Source: Promethearchaeota archaeon (GTDB taxonomy: Archaea > Asgardarchaeota > Lokiarchaeia > Sigyniarchaeales > SOKP01). From it: DNA of 64,000 bases. Where the stretch lies: positions 1 through 64,000 of the forward strand of contig JAFGOA010000080.1 in assembly GCA_016926735.1 (NCBI GenBank), in the 5' to 3' direction. Below are positions 10,067 through 20,497 of this stretch, in pieces. Positions within the stretch are counted from its first letter, which is position 1, and each line of letters begins with the position of its first letter. The notes below the pieces were generated by a model, which made no database searches, was not told the DNA's origin, and was given only the letters and a program-made list of their open reading frames with translations. Made by a program: the position numbers and the translations under genes.

Positions 10067-10942
10067 TTATTTTATATTCTTCTTTTTTTTAAATTTTATA
10101 TTTAAAATTCGAAAATTTTCTGAAATTAAATTTTTTATTTCTTCTGAACAATTATTAAAAATATTTTCAACTTGATTAGGATCTAATTTATTAATTTGAT
10201 TATAAATTATAAAAAAAAGAATAATTGTAAGAATAGGGGAGATTAAAAGTGATAAGAATAGAAGATAGTTTAGTAATAATCCTTGAGACAATTCGAGATT
10301 AGTTCCGGGTAAATTTAATTCAATTCCAGGAATGATTGAATTTAAGGTAAGGAATGAAAATAAAGTATTCAATATATTAAGAATTAAAAATACAATTAAG
10401 CTGAGATATGATATTAATTTTATAAATTTGATATCAATTATATGATTAAATTGAGTAATATTTTGTTTAGTTTCATCTGAATTTTTATATTCTTTAAGGG
10501 GTGTTATTATTATATGAGAATAATTCCATATATCTAAAAAAATCCAGAAAAATGTAAAAGTATAAGTAAAAATATATAAAATTTGAAAAAATAAGCTATA
10601 ACTGCTAATTAATTGTGGATGATAATAAGATTCTGCACCTATCCAAAATAAAAAGATTAAAAGGAGAAGGGATGAAAAGAAAAAACGGTTAGAATGAATT
10701 TTTTCAGAACCCAAAGGATTATAGTTTAAGATATCACTTTTAATACTAATCCTCCATTTATTATCATTGATTATTTGAAAAATAATAGACAATGAAAAAG
10801 TGATTATTGGAAATATAAAAAGGATAATATTATCCCATTCTTGGGTAATTGTAAAAATAAATAACGTAAAAAATAAAATACAATTTCTTAAAATCTTTTC
10901 AGAGAATAAATCTCTTACAGATAAATATAATTCTTCACTCAT
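10067..10942 (-). CDS. Hypothetical multi-pass membrane protein
   Basis: About six long hydrophobic segments; no family recognised. Confidence 0.7.
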   Translation of the reverse strand: MSEELYLSVRDLFSEKILRNCILFFTLFIFTITQEWDNIILFIFPIITFSLSIIFQIINDNKWRISIKSDILNYNPLGSEKIHSNRFFFSSLLLLIFLFWIGAESYYHPQLISSYSLFFQILYIFTYTFTFFWIFLDIWNYSHIIITPLKEYKNSDETKQNITQFNHIIDIKFIKLISYLSLIVFLILNILNTLFSFLTLNSIIPGIELNLPGTNLELSQGLLLNYLLFLSLLISPILTIILFFIIYNQINKLDPNQVENIFNNCSEEIKNLISENFRILNIKFKKKKNIK

Positions 10943-11033
10943 TTTGATTATTAAACCAACTTAATAAATAAACTTTTATGGAGTTTAATTATATAAACTA
11001 TAAATTAGTAATTAATTTTATCAAGTCTTTTTT

Positions 11034-11038
11034 GGTGA
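11034..11038 (+). promoter_or_regulatory. Shine-Dalgarno-like GGTGA 6 nt before proposed ATC start of xpd
   Basis: GGTGA-AACACT-ATC; GGTGA matches the archaeal SD core. Confidence 0.55.
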
Positions 11039-11044
11039 AACACT

Positions 11045-13021
11045 ATCAATTACAATCAATTCTTTCCTTATAATGAATTTAGAATTTCCCAAGAGAAAAT
11101 AATTCAACAAATTGAAAATAATGCTAGAGATAGAAAAAATATATTATTATCAGCCCCGAATGGAACTGGAAAAACAGTAATTGCATTAAGTGCTTTACTC
11201 CCAATCGCTATTGAGCAGGATTTAAAAATAATATATCTTTGCCGTACACATTCACAAAATACAAGAGTAATAAGAGAAATGAAAAAAATATCCTCATTTA
11301 TTTCTAAAAAAAAAGAAAGATATTTATTAAATGGTATTTCTATTAGAGGAAGAAATGAAATGTGTCTCAATAAGACTTTAATTTCTTTGAAACCAAATTC
11401 TAGTGAATCAATGTCAATCTGTAAAGATTTAAGAAACAATCATAATTGTTCTCATTTTTTAAATTTGTTAAAAAAAAAAGATAGTATAGATAATCCGATC
11501 CTATTATCTCCAGAACTATTTAATAAACCAATTGATGCTGATGATCTTATTAATCTGTGTAAAGAAAAAAAAATATGTCCATATTTTCTAAGTAAATTTC
11601 TCTTACCTGAAATGAAAATTATCATATGTAATTATCAGTGGATTCTCAATCCATATATCAGAAAGTCATTTTTAAAATTTATAGGAAAAGAACTTCATGA
11701 ATGTATAATTGTTGTAGATGAATGTCATAATATAGTTGATTTGGCAACTGAAATAAATTCCCTTAAAATTTCACCTTATTCTCTCAGATTATGTCTTAGA
11801 GATTTAGAACTTTATAGAGCACCTTCCATTATGCATAATTTTGCTAAGATTCTATTAAACCATCTTTTAAAAAAAAAAAAAAAACTCAATGATATTGAAT
11901 TATCGATCTCTCCAGAAAAATTATTAAATAACATTTATTTAGCATTAGGACATACAGATTTAAATGAATTTAAGAATTTTATTAATGATTTATATGACTT
12001 TAGTGTTGCCATACATGAAGAAAAAACAGCAAATGGATTAATCTCTCGTGATTATATTGGAATTTTAGCAGAATTTTGGTTAATATGGATAAAAACTGTA
12101 TCTTCAGATAAATACTTTTTTTGTTATTCTATTATAGAAAGAAACGAAAAAAAATCTATTAATTTAGAAATAGTTGCGTTAGATCCAAGAGAAATAACTT
12201 TACCTTTATTAAAATATTCTTATTCGATATTACATCTTTCTGGAACAATTAATCCTTATGTATATCACAATCTAATAGGATTGAATCAAAGTGGAAAATC
12301 ATATAAAGGAATAATAGCAGAATCACCTTTTAAAAGAGAAAATGTCAAAGCTCTTATAATCGATGGTGTTGATACAAGAAAAAAAAACAGAAATCCTTCT
12401 ATGTTCAAAAAAATAATTCAAAAAATTAATGAAGTATTATATTGTACCCCTGCAAATATAGGGATTTTTTGTGCCTCATATGGGATTTTAAAGGCTTTAA
12501 TAAACAATGGAATTGAACAAATAGTATTAAATAATAATAAAAAATTATTTGTTGAAAATTCAGGATTAACAGCCCAAGAGAATTCCTTATTAATAGAGGA
12601 TTTTAAATCTCTGGCAGATCCCCCTAATAATGGGGCTGTTCTTTTGGGTGTTTCAGGAGGAAGAAATTCAGAAGGAGAAGATTATCCTGGAAATTATATG
12701 AATGCTGTAATTATTACTGGATTTCCATATCATTTACCCACTCCCCGAATAGAGGCAAAAATCCACTACTATGATAAAGTTTTTCACAACCAAGGATGGG
12801 ATTTTGCATATTTATATCCTGCAGTTCAGCGAGCAAATCAAGCTTCTGGAAGACCAATAAGAAAACTTGATGATAAAGGAGCAATCATTTTTATGGATTG
12901 CAGATTTATCCAAAAAGTTAAATGGATCTCAAATTGGATAAAAAATCGGTTGGAAGTGATACCTGATAAACCTGATGTAATAAAACAAAAATTATATCCA
13001 TTTTGGAATATTGATAAGTAA
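11045..13021 (+). CDS. xpd: XPD/Rad3-family Fe-S DNA helicase (start extended upstream to proposed ATC)
   Basis: Frame open from 11039 encodes FFPYNEFRISQ (Q motif) and APNGTGKT (Walker A) upstream of the track ATG 11279; Fe-S Cys, VDECHN, LSGT, GRNSEGEDY, QASGRPIR. Confidence 0.92.
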   Translation: MNYNQFFPYNEFRISQEKIIQQIENNARDRKNILLSAPNGTGKTVIALSALLPIAIEQDLKIIYLCRTHSQNTRVIREMKKISSFISKKKERYLLNGISIRGRNEMCLNKTLISLKPNSSESMSICKDLRNNHNCSHFLNLLKKKDSIDNPILLSPELFNKPIDADDLINLCKEKKICPYFLSKFLLPEMKIIICNYQWILNPYIRKSFLKFIGKELHECIIVVDECHNIVDLATEINSLKISPYSLRLCLRDLELYRAPSIMHNFAKILLNHLLKKKKKLNDIELSISPEKLLNNIYLALGHTDLNEFKNFINDLYDFSVAIHEEKTANGLISRDYIGILAEFWLIWIKTVSSDKYFFCYSIIERNEKKSINLEIVALDPREITLPLLKYSYSILHLSGTINPYVYHNLIGLNQSGKSYKGIIAESPFKRENVKALIIDGVDTRKKNRNPSMFKKIIQKINEVLYCTPANIGIFCASYGILKALINNGIEQIVLNNNKKLFVENSGLTAQENSLLIEDFKSLADPPNNGAVLLGVSGGRNSEGEDYPGNYMNAVIITGFPYHLPTPRIEAKIHYYDKVFHNQGWDFAYLYPAVQRANQASGRPIRKLDDKGAIIFMDCRFIQKVKWISNWIKNRLEVIPDKPDVIKQKLYPFWNIDK

Positions 13022-13026
13022 AAATC

Positions 13027-13404
13027 TTAAACAGAAGCAATAACATCAATTTCTATTCTAAGATTTGATTTTGGTAGATTTGAAATTTCCACAGTTGTTC
13101 TTGCTGGAAAATCTTTAATAATACCCTTTTCACGGAAAAATTTCTCATATATTTGATTCATTTTCTCAAAATCATTTATATTTTTTAAAAAAATTGTGAC
13201 TTTTATTATTTTTGAAATATCTGAATTTCCAGCTTCTAAAATATCGCTTATTTTTTCAAAGATATATAACGTCTGTTCTTTAATAGTTTTCATAGTTGGA
13301 TCTGAAATCTGTCCTGATATAAAAATAAGATTACCAATCTTTATTGCATCACTATAAGGCCCAGCTTTATTAGTTTTTATATTAATTGCTTTAATATCAA
13401 CCAT
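13027..13404 (-). CDS. ridA: RidA/YjgF/UK114 family deaminase
   Basis: AGPYSDAI, LIFISGQI, FPARTTVEISNLP, IEIDVIA; ATG 13404 (MVDIK) preferred over TTG 13512. Confidence 0.9.
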   Translation of the reverse strand: MVDIKAINIKTNKAGPYSDAIKIGNLIFISGQISDPTMKTIKEQTLYIFEKISDILEAGNSDISKIIKVTIFLKNINDFEKMNQIYEKFFREKGIIKDFPARTTVEISNLPKSNLRIEIDVIASV

Positions 13405-13629
13405 ATTTATCCTTTTTATTTTAAATTTTTTATATTTATTATATATAATAGAAATTTTTATATAGTTAATATTGAAATGATTGAGAATTGCTCTAGTTGT
13501 CATAACAAACAAATTCTAATTTAATTAAACTTTTATTAATAATATTTTTTTAGAGAATTGGATTGATGTTTTTTAAGAATATATCAAAATTATTTTTAAA
13601 ATAATAAAATAGAATAAAATAGATTCACG

Positions 13630-15408
13630 TTGATAGGCCCAAAAAAGAAAGTCTGGATTTTAACTTTTGAATATACAGGAATTGTAAAAATTGGGGGATT
13701 AGGAGAAGTTCCTACTAATCAAGCTAAATATTTAAAAGATATTTTTGATATAACTGTATTTATACCTTCACATGGTCAAATTGAAAGACTAAAAGAGTTC
13801 TATCTATGGAAAAAATCTCCTTATATTTATCATACGAAAATTGATCCTAGTTTTCTGGGTATTTTTAACCAAGAAGAGGAAATAATGATCTCTTATTATG
13901 AGTTTTTGATGGATGGTGTAAAAATTTTACTGATTACAGGAGAAAATGCTTTTACTAAAAGATTTTTAGATGATAATGCAGTATATAATCCAGAAACGTT
14001 TAATGGTAAAATTATCTTTTTTAGTTTAGGAATACGTGCATATATAAATTATCTCTTATCAAATAATTACATTGGTTTACCATTTTTAGTTCATCTCCAT
14101 GATTATCATGTTGTTCCTGCATATATTAATATTAAACAAGAATTACATAAAAAACAAAAAGATATTTCTTCAATAATAACTCTTCATCTACTTACTCATC
14201 CAAGACAACCTATACAATTTTATGAAAAATGTGGTATAGATAATACACCAATTAAGATACGAATGAAAGAGGAATATAAAAATTATACTATAGAACAGAT
14301 CTTTTCTATATGTGATAATAATTCTATATTTAGAAGTGTAAATTTACCCTCAATTGAAAAAATTGGAGCAATAGTAAGTGATTTAGTAACCACCGTTAGT
14401 GAATCCTATTTAAAATCAGATATCATCCCTAATTTTGGAGCAGAATTAATAGAATTTAAAACTGATTTCATTTGGAATGGATGTGATTGGGATTATGAAG
14501 AAATTAATACTAAAGTTCTTAATAATTTTGGGAATGAAATCCGGGAATTTTTAAAAATACCAATTAATTTAAGTATAACCAGAGAAAATTTAAAGAAATA
14601 TTTACTTACCTATAAAATTGGAAACCTAAATAAAAGTCCATTAATTAACTCAAAAAAAATTCTTGATGTAATTAACGTAATTTCTAATGATAATCCTCTT
14701 ATTAAAAATGGTAATACTAAAGTTTTTGAAGATTCTGGACCATTAGTAATAACTACAGGTAGAATATCTCCTCAAAAAGGTTTCGAAGTAGTATTTGAAT
14801 CTATCTCTGAAGTCATAAAAATATTTCCAAATGCTAAATTCTTATTTCTCGTCCTTCCAACAGAATATAGTTTAAATGAGATACAATATTATGCCTCATT
14901 TGTTAAAACATTTCCAAATAATGTAAGAATAATTTTTGGAATTGCATCAGAGATTTTTTATTTAGCTCATATGGCAGCTGATGTCTACTGTGCTTTATCT
15001 AGATGGGAACCTTTTGGAATAATTGCGCTAGAAGCAATGGCTCTTAAATTACCCATAATTGCTACAAAAGTAGGAGGATTACAAGAATCTATCATTGATA
15101 TAAGAAGTGATAAAGAGAATTGCACAGGATACTTAATAGATAAAGAAACACCAAAGCAATTTACAGAAGCATTAATTTCTTTCTTTCATTTAGCAGAGAT
15201 ATCAAAAAGTGACGATGTCTATAAGACAGAAATTCTCCAAATGATAAATCAAATTCCTGATGAAGTTATAAAATCCAGAGTTATATTAGATCCTCATTTT
15301 TATCAAAAAATCAGAGAAAATTGTTATAATAGAGTACAAAACAATTTTCGTTGGAATATTGTAACTAAAAAACTTATTAAATTGTATAATAGCTTTATTA
15401 ATTATTGA
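13630..15408 (+). CDS. glgA: Glycogen/starch synthase (GT5)
   Basis: KIGGLG ADP-glucose motif, HLHDYH, TTVSESY, GRISPQKG, SRWEPFGIIALEAM. Confidence 0.88.
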   Translation: MIGPKKKVWILTFEYTGIVKIGGLGEVPTNQAKYLKDIFDITVFIPSHGQIERLKEFYLWKKSPYIYHTKIDPSFLGIFNQEEEIMISYYEFLMDGVKILLITGENAFTKRFLDDNAVYNPETFNGKIIFFSLGIRAYINYLLSNNYIGLPFLVHLHDYHVVPAYINIKQELHKKQKDISSIITLHLLTHPRQPIQFYEKCGIDNTPIKIRMKEEYKNYTIEQIFSICDNNSIFRSVNLPSIEKIGAIVSDLVTTVSESYLKSDIIPNFGAELIEFKTDFIWNGCDWDYEEINTKVLNNFGNEIREFLKIPINLSITRENLKKYLLTYKIGNLNKSPLINSKKILDVINVISNDNPLIKNGNTKVFEDSGPLVITTGRISPQKGFEVVFESISEVIKIFPNAKFLFLVLPTEYSLNEIQYYASFVKTFPNNVRIIFGIASEIFYLAHMAADVYCALSRWEPFGIIALEAMALKLPIIATKVGGLQESIIDIRSDKENCTGYLIDKETPKQFTEALISFFHLAEISKSDDVYKTEILQMINQIPDEVIKSRVILDPHFYQKIRENCYNRVQNNFRWNIVTKKLIKLYNSFINY

Positions 15409-15429
15409 TTATTAATTAGAGATTTTATT

Positions 15430-16590
15430 ATGAATTTAACTCAAAGAATAAAGAGTATTGATTTTTTTAGAGGATTATGTATTACTTGGATGATTTTTGG
15501 ACATCTTTCTGAATGGTGGATGCAGCAAGATTTATTTGACTTTATAAATACTCCTGGAAGAGGTTTTTTTACAATAATGGATTTTCTTGGAGCAGCAGGA
15601 TTACTTTTTATTTCTGGAATGAGTATTACTATCTCTTATCGTAAAAAATTGGAAAGAAAAAGACAATATAATGATTTTAATTTTAAAAAATATCGAATTG
15701 AATATATTATACGGGCTTTTTTACTTTTTATTATAGGAATACTATATAATATATTTGAATCCATTAAAATAGGTGATTATAGTAAAATGTGGATATGGTT
15801 TATATTACAAACACTTCCATTATGTTTACTTATTTCATGGCCATTTTTAAAGTTAAATAAATATTATAAAATAATTGTTGCAGTTATCTTTCTAACAATA
15901 AATGAGATACTTATTTTTTATTTATTACCATATAAAGGTCAATATAATAATATAGAGGGTATTTTATTTTATATACTTTATAATGGTGTAAATTTAAGTC
16001 CGATATTGCAGTTCTTTTCATTTTTTATTATTGGTAGTTTTATTGGAGATGTTATTCATGAAAATATATCATCAATAGAACTAAATAAACATACAAGTGT
16101 TGAATTTTTAAAAAAAATTACTTTGCCATTGTTATCTTTAGGAATATCCCTTATTATCATATCTACACTAATTCTACCAAATAATCCATTCCAAGATTAT
16201 TATGTACCCAGAAATTTTTCTTGGGTTCTTTATTCAATAGGTTGCTTAACTTGTTTATACATATCAATATTAATAATTGAGAAATGTGAATTAATAAGAA
16301 TTAAGACTAAATATCGGTTCTTTTATTATTTTTCATTTTATTCATTTTCTATTTTTCTGATACATCTTCCTCTTTTTTACATTTTTTATAAGAGATTAGA
16401 CTTCCTATCATTTATACTTATTACTCCAATAACCATCATTTTAATTGGTTTGATGTTAAAAATCATTCATAATAAACTAAATACACATTTCTCAATAAAA
16501 GTTCAAATAAGTCGTATAAGCTCTTATATAGCTCGAGTTTTTATAAAAGATCAAAAAGATTCTAAGGAAAAAAATAAGATCACTATTTAA
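15430..16590 (+). CDS. DUF1624/HGSNAT-like membrane acyltransferase
   Basis: RIKSIDFFRGLCITWMIFGH N-terminal signature, FISGMS, multiple TM segments. Confidence 0.8.
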   Translation: MNLTQRIKSIDFFRGLCITWMIFGHLSEWWMQQDLFDFINTPGRGFFTIMDFLGAAGLLFISGMSITISYRKKLERKRQYNDFNFKKYRIEYIIRAFLLFIIGILYNIFESIKIGDYSKMWIWFILQTLPLCLLISWPFLKLNKYYKIIVAVIFLTINEILIFYLLPYKGQYNNIEGILFYILYNGVNLSPILQFFSFFIIGSFIGDVIHENISSIELNKHTSVEFLKKITLPLLSLGISLIIISTLILPNNPFQDYYVPRNFSWVLYSIGCLTCLYISILIIEKCELIRIKTKYRFFYYFSFYSFSIFLIHLPLFYIFYKRLDFLSFILITPITIILIGLMLKIIHNKLNTHFSIKVQISRISSYIARVFIKDQKDSKEKNKITI

Positions 16591-16675
16591 TCTCCCAAAA
16601 ATCTAAAATTTTTTATTTTTTCTTACATTTTAATTTTTATAATTTTGAAATTTTATATTAATAAAGGTTACTTTA

Positions 16676-16969
16676 ATGGCAATAAACAATTTGGAAATAT
16701 TGGGGATGGAAGGAGCAATTGTTAATTATCGTAGGGGGCGTCATACAGTTCATCTTAAACATTGTATCTTGGTCTTTCCTAGCATAACATCAAAAAAAGA
16801 AGCTAATAAACTAATTAGTAGAATAGTTTTATGGACAAGTCCAAGCGGTAAGGAATTAAAAGGAATGATTACTCGTTCTCATGGTAATAATGGAGCTGTA
16901 AGAGCTCATTTTAAGAAAGCAGGACTCCCAGGACAAGCATTAGGGCAAAAAATTAAGATAATTAAGTAA
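16676..16969 (+). CDS. rpl35ae: 50S ribosomal protein L35Ae (eL33)
   Basis: NYRRGRHT...GMITRSHGNNGAVRAHFK..LPGQALG; true start may be ATG 16706. Confidence 0.93.
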   Translation: MAINNLEILGMEGAIVNYRRGRHTVHLKHCILVFPSITSKKEANKLISRIVLWTSPSGKELKGMITRSHGNNGAVRAHFKKAGLPGQALGQKIKIIK

Positions 16970-17259
16970 TTTAAATCACCTTACTATAAATATTTAATTT
17001 CTCATTTTAATTATTGAAACAGTATCAATCTCAATTAAAGATACAACTATTATAGATATTTTGAATAAAAATATTATAAAAAAGAATCACAAGTGCAAAT
17101 TAATAGCATTTATTTTTTTATATCTTATTTTAAATAATATTAGTAGGTTAGTGATGATTTTTTAGATAATATATGTATAACATTAGTATTTTTCAATAAA
17201 AAATAATGTTTTATTGATATAGCGATTTTTTTAGTTAAATAATTTAAGGATAGATTAAG

Positions 17260-19317
17260 ATGTCAGAGCGATTTATGCAAGGAGATATATGTTGTTTTTG
17301 TCAAAGAAATGAGAAATTAGCATATTTTTGTGAAAATTGTGGCGTAAGTTGTTGCTCTGATTGTTTGGATATTGAAAAAGTCGAAACATTAGTGTGTGAT
17401 GATTGCAATTCAAGATACTTAGATATAAAGAGTACTGATAAAAAGGAGAATAAAAAGATATGCAAAATATGTGGTAAAGAAAATGTGATTAAATTATCTC
17501 AATACATAAAAACATGCCCTAAATGTCACTCACAAAATATCATTAATATCTATGAAAAGAAAGAAAAACTTGAACAAAAATTCTTAGAATTAATAAAAAG
17601 TTCAAGATTATACATAGAACCATTTAGAGATGTAATAAATAAAATATATCTTCTCAGACAAAAAGTAAGAAAAGCTAGAGATCCTCCAATTACGTGTTTT
17701 CATTTTCCGAAAATGGAATCAAAGTTATTATCATTGTTTAAACTGGTAAAATATCTTGAAATTAGTCTATTAGAGAGAATTACTACATATTTCCATTATT
17801 TAGCATCAAATGAAGATTATTTTTTTGCTATATATCAACAACCAAATTCAAATATTAAGGTAATCGAAGGAATTCTGGAAAATTTAAATAAAAGTCATGT
17901 TTCAATCAAAGAATTCATAGATAAAAATATAGATATGATGAATAATGATATCAACATACTTAATAAAAATCTAAAATTTATTAACAAAATAACAGAATAT
18001 TTCTCAACATATAAAAGATTTATAAATTTAGCTGAAAATGAAAAACCTGTTTATGCTATAAAATCAAAGTTATCCAATGGATCTACAAATCAAGATATGA
18101 TGAAAAAAAATAAAGGCTTTCTATTTATCACAAATATTGATTTATCATTCGTTCAAATATATGGAATTATAAAAAAAAAGCAAGGATTAATCTTTAAAGC
18201 ACCAGTGAATGATTTGTTAAGAATAAAAGAAAAGGGAAAAATATTAAAAAAATTATATTTGGAATTTTCTTATGGGACTTATGAATTTTCGCTACCTAAC
18301 AAATCAATTTCAAGAGTTATCGAATATATCCTTCTAGCCAGAAATTTTGATGAAACTACATTATATGATGAAGAATCTGCAAAGAAATTAGATGAAATTG
18401 ATATTGATCTTAATAAACTAAATACATTTATAGAAGATGGTATAAATTCATTCTTCAGTATAAAATGTGAACAAAATTATATATCTAACGTTAAAACTGA
18501 ACAAGAGGAAAATAATAAAAATGATTATCCGTACTATCACTATGATCATCCAAATATCCCTCCAAATAGATTACATCCTTCTTACTGTAATCCATCAGAA
18601 CCAATATATCCTCCAATGATTCCAGATTCTGACACAGATATATATCCAAATAATCCAAATAATCCAAATAATTATCAAATCATTTTCCAAAACAATCATG
18701 ATGCTCCTAAAAGTAACTTATTTAAAAATAGACTATATCCAAATAGATTCCAAAATTATGATCCTAGATTGCTAAGAAAAGACCTAAAACAGAAAGAAAT
18801 TGATCAAGAAGAAAAAAATATTCTTATGAAAAAATTAATTCAAGCTCAAAAATTTGGACAATATAATCCAGAGCAAAGAAATCGGATTATCAAAGATCTC
18901 ATAAACAAAGACTCTATAAAAAATTATCCTGAAACAATTTATCCCGATCCAATAAAATCAAATCCTTTTTCAGACTACAATATGAATCATTTATCCGAAT
19001 TATTTAATTCTGAGAATAATCCTAAAGAAAAATTATATAACTATGATAATGAAGATTTTTTTGAAAATGTGGACAAAAATACTAAAGTAATGATGGATCT
19101 GAAAACACAAAGATTTAGTATACAAGAAATTCTAGATGATTTAGATAAGAAATTTGATAGAAATAGAATATCAGAGAGAGATTACTATAGAGCTTTTAAA
19201 CATCATAAACAGGAATTGTATATGATAAATAAAAAAATAGAACAAATAAAAAAGAAAATGGAAGACGATAAAAATCTACGGGAATTTAAAAGAAAATATG
19301 AAAATCAATATACATAA
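17260..19317 (+). CDS. Multi-domain Zn-finger (B-box-like) / coiled-coil / PH-GRAM-like / Pro-rich protein
   Basis: Six CxxC pairs in the first ~90 aa; helical heptad region; GFLFITNIDLSFV PH/GRAM-like strand pattern; Pro/Asn/Tyr-rich linker; C-terminal helical hairpin. Confidence 0.6.
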   Translation: MSERFMQGDICCFCQRNEKLAYFCENCGVSCCSDCLDIEKVETLVCDDCNSRYLDIKSTDKKENKKICKICGKENVIKLSQYIKTCPKCHSQNIINIYEKKEKLEQKFLELIKSSRLYIEPFRDVINKIYLLRQKVRKARDPPITCFHFPKMESKLLSLFKLVKYLEISLLERITTYFHYLASNEDYFFAIYQQPNSNIKVIEGILENLNKSHVSIKEFIDKNIDMMNNDINILNKNLKFINKITEYFSTYKRFINLAENEKPVYAIKSKLSNGSTNQDMMKKNKGFLFITNIDLSFVQIYGIIKKKQGLIFKAPVNDLLRIKEKGKILKKLYLEFSYGTYEFSLPNKSISRVIEYILLARNFDETTLYDEESAKKLDEIDIDLNKLNTFIEDGINSFFSIKCEQNYISNVKTEQEENNKNDYPYYHYDHPNIPPNRLHPSYCNPSEPIYPPMIPDSDTDIYPNNPNNPNNYQIIFQNNHDAPKSNLFKNRLYPNRFQNYDPRLLRKDLKQKEIDQEEKNILMKKLIQAQKFGQYNPEQRNRIIKDLINKDSIKNYPETIYPDPIKSNPFSDYNMNHLSELFNSENNPKEKLYNYDNEDFFENVDKNTKVMMDLKTQRFSIQEILDDLDKKFDRNRISERDYYRAFKHHKQELYMINKKIEQIKKKMEDDKNLREFKRKYENQYT
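18646..18672 (+). repeat. In-frame 9-bp tandem repeat (CCAAATAAT)x3 encoding PNN PNN PNN
   Basis: Read directly from sequence. Confidence 0.8.
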
Positions 19318-19452
19318 ACTATAACTTTTCTTTTTTTTTGCTGCATTCATGAATATAGTAAATATCTTTTTTTTGGAATAAATCAGAAATATTAATCTAA
19401 TTGTTATTTTTATATTAATTATTCAATCTATCATAATTAAAAGTGTTGTTTT

Positions 19453-20472
19453 ATGGATAAAGATGGATTATGGACTTCAGTTACAGGAAGTTTTCCTTTA
19501 AAAAATAATAATGAGAATATCAGAAGGACAATAAAGGATCAAATTGATATAGGTATAGATTATCCTTGCTATGGACAATTAGAATCTATATTAACTCAAT
19601 TTTTAAGACCATTAACTGAAAAATTACCTGAATTTACATATTCAAATAATAGATTTTACCTAAATGATGAATTTTCGGTACCAAATGAAACAATAGGTTT
19701 AGATTATGTACGGTTCTTAATCAATTTCTTGGATGAAAGAAAAGCTTTAAAAAAAAAGATTAAAGGAACAAAAGGATGCCTCACAGGACCCTTTACACTT
19801 GCAAGCGAAATAATTCTCGGTGAAAATCTCTCAAAAGGATTAAAATCTTTATTATTTAATGAACCTCGAGGTGTTATGGTGGAGTGGATTGTTAGTAAAT
19901 TAGGAGATATAATGAAAAATGTTGCAAAAGATTACTACAATATGGGTATAAATATTATTGCAATGGATGAACCTATTTTAGGATTGTTAGTAGGAAGAAA
20001 AATAATGTTCCATTCTGAAGATTTTATCATCAAAACATTAAATAATGTTATGTCAGAAATAGATTGTCTTTCTTCTGTTCATGTATGTGGTCAAGTTAGT
20101 CCTAATTTAAGAGATATACTCTTAAAAACGGATATTAATATCTTAGATCATGAATTCCAGACTAATGCTGAGAATTTTAATATTTTCAATAAAAGTCATT
20201 TTGAAAGAAATGATAAATATCTTGCATTTGGTACGGTAAAAACAAAAATCCAACCTATAAAAAACAGTAAAATTAATGATTACGTTGAATCAGAAAAAGA
20301 AATCAAAGTAATTCTTAAAAAAGCTATTAATTTCTATGGAAAACAGAATCTTTTTATAAAACCAGATTGTGGATTTTTGCCATTGAGAGATGCATTTGAT
20401 GAAGATTTTGCATATCAAATTGCGTTGAGAAAATTAAAAAATATGGTTTCAGCTGTAAAAAAATTAAGATAA
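19453..20472 (+). CDS. metE: Cobalamin-independent methionine synthase catalytic-domain (MetE C-terminal) family protein
   Basis: TSVTGSFP, LTGPFTLA, MDEP, Zn ligands HVCG...E...PDCGF. Confidence 0.8.
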   Translation: MDKDGLWTSVTGSFPLKNNNENIRRTIKDQIDIGIDYPCYGQLESILTQFLRPLTEKLPEFTYSNNRFYLNDEFSVPNETIGLDYVRFLINFLDERKALKKKIKGTKGCLTGPFTLASEIILGENLSKGLKSLLFNEPRGVMVEWIVSKLGDIMKNVAKDYYNMGINIIAMDEPILGLLVGRKIMFHSEDFIIKTLNNVMSEIDCLSSVHVCGQVSPNLRDILLKTDINILDHEFQTNAENFNIFNKSHFERNDKYLAFGTVKTKIQPIKNSKINDYVESEKEIKVILKKAINFYGKQNLFIKPDCGFLPLRDAFDEDFAYQIALRKLKNMVSAVKKLR

Positions 20473-20497
20473 AACATTTTTAAAAAAAATATAAAAA

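Noticed and set aside
11036-11038. In-frame TGA upstream of xpd (and at 37158-37156) as possible selenocysteine or readthrough
   Set aside because: Both TGAs are part of an SD-like GGTGA; for xpd another stop lies just upstream with no start codon between; not a Cys-equivalent position
11869-11885. Long poly-A tracts in coding regions (xpd here, also ~47660 and ~52228) as programmed slippage sites
   Set aside because: Frames remain intact and encode Lys runs; such tracts are common throughout this AT-rich window
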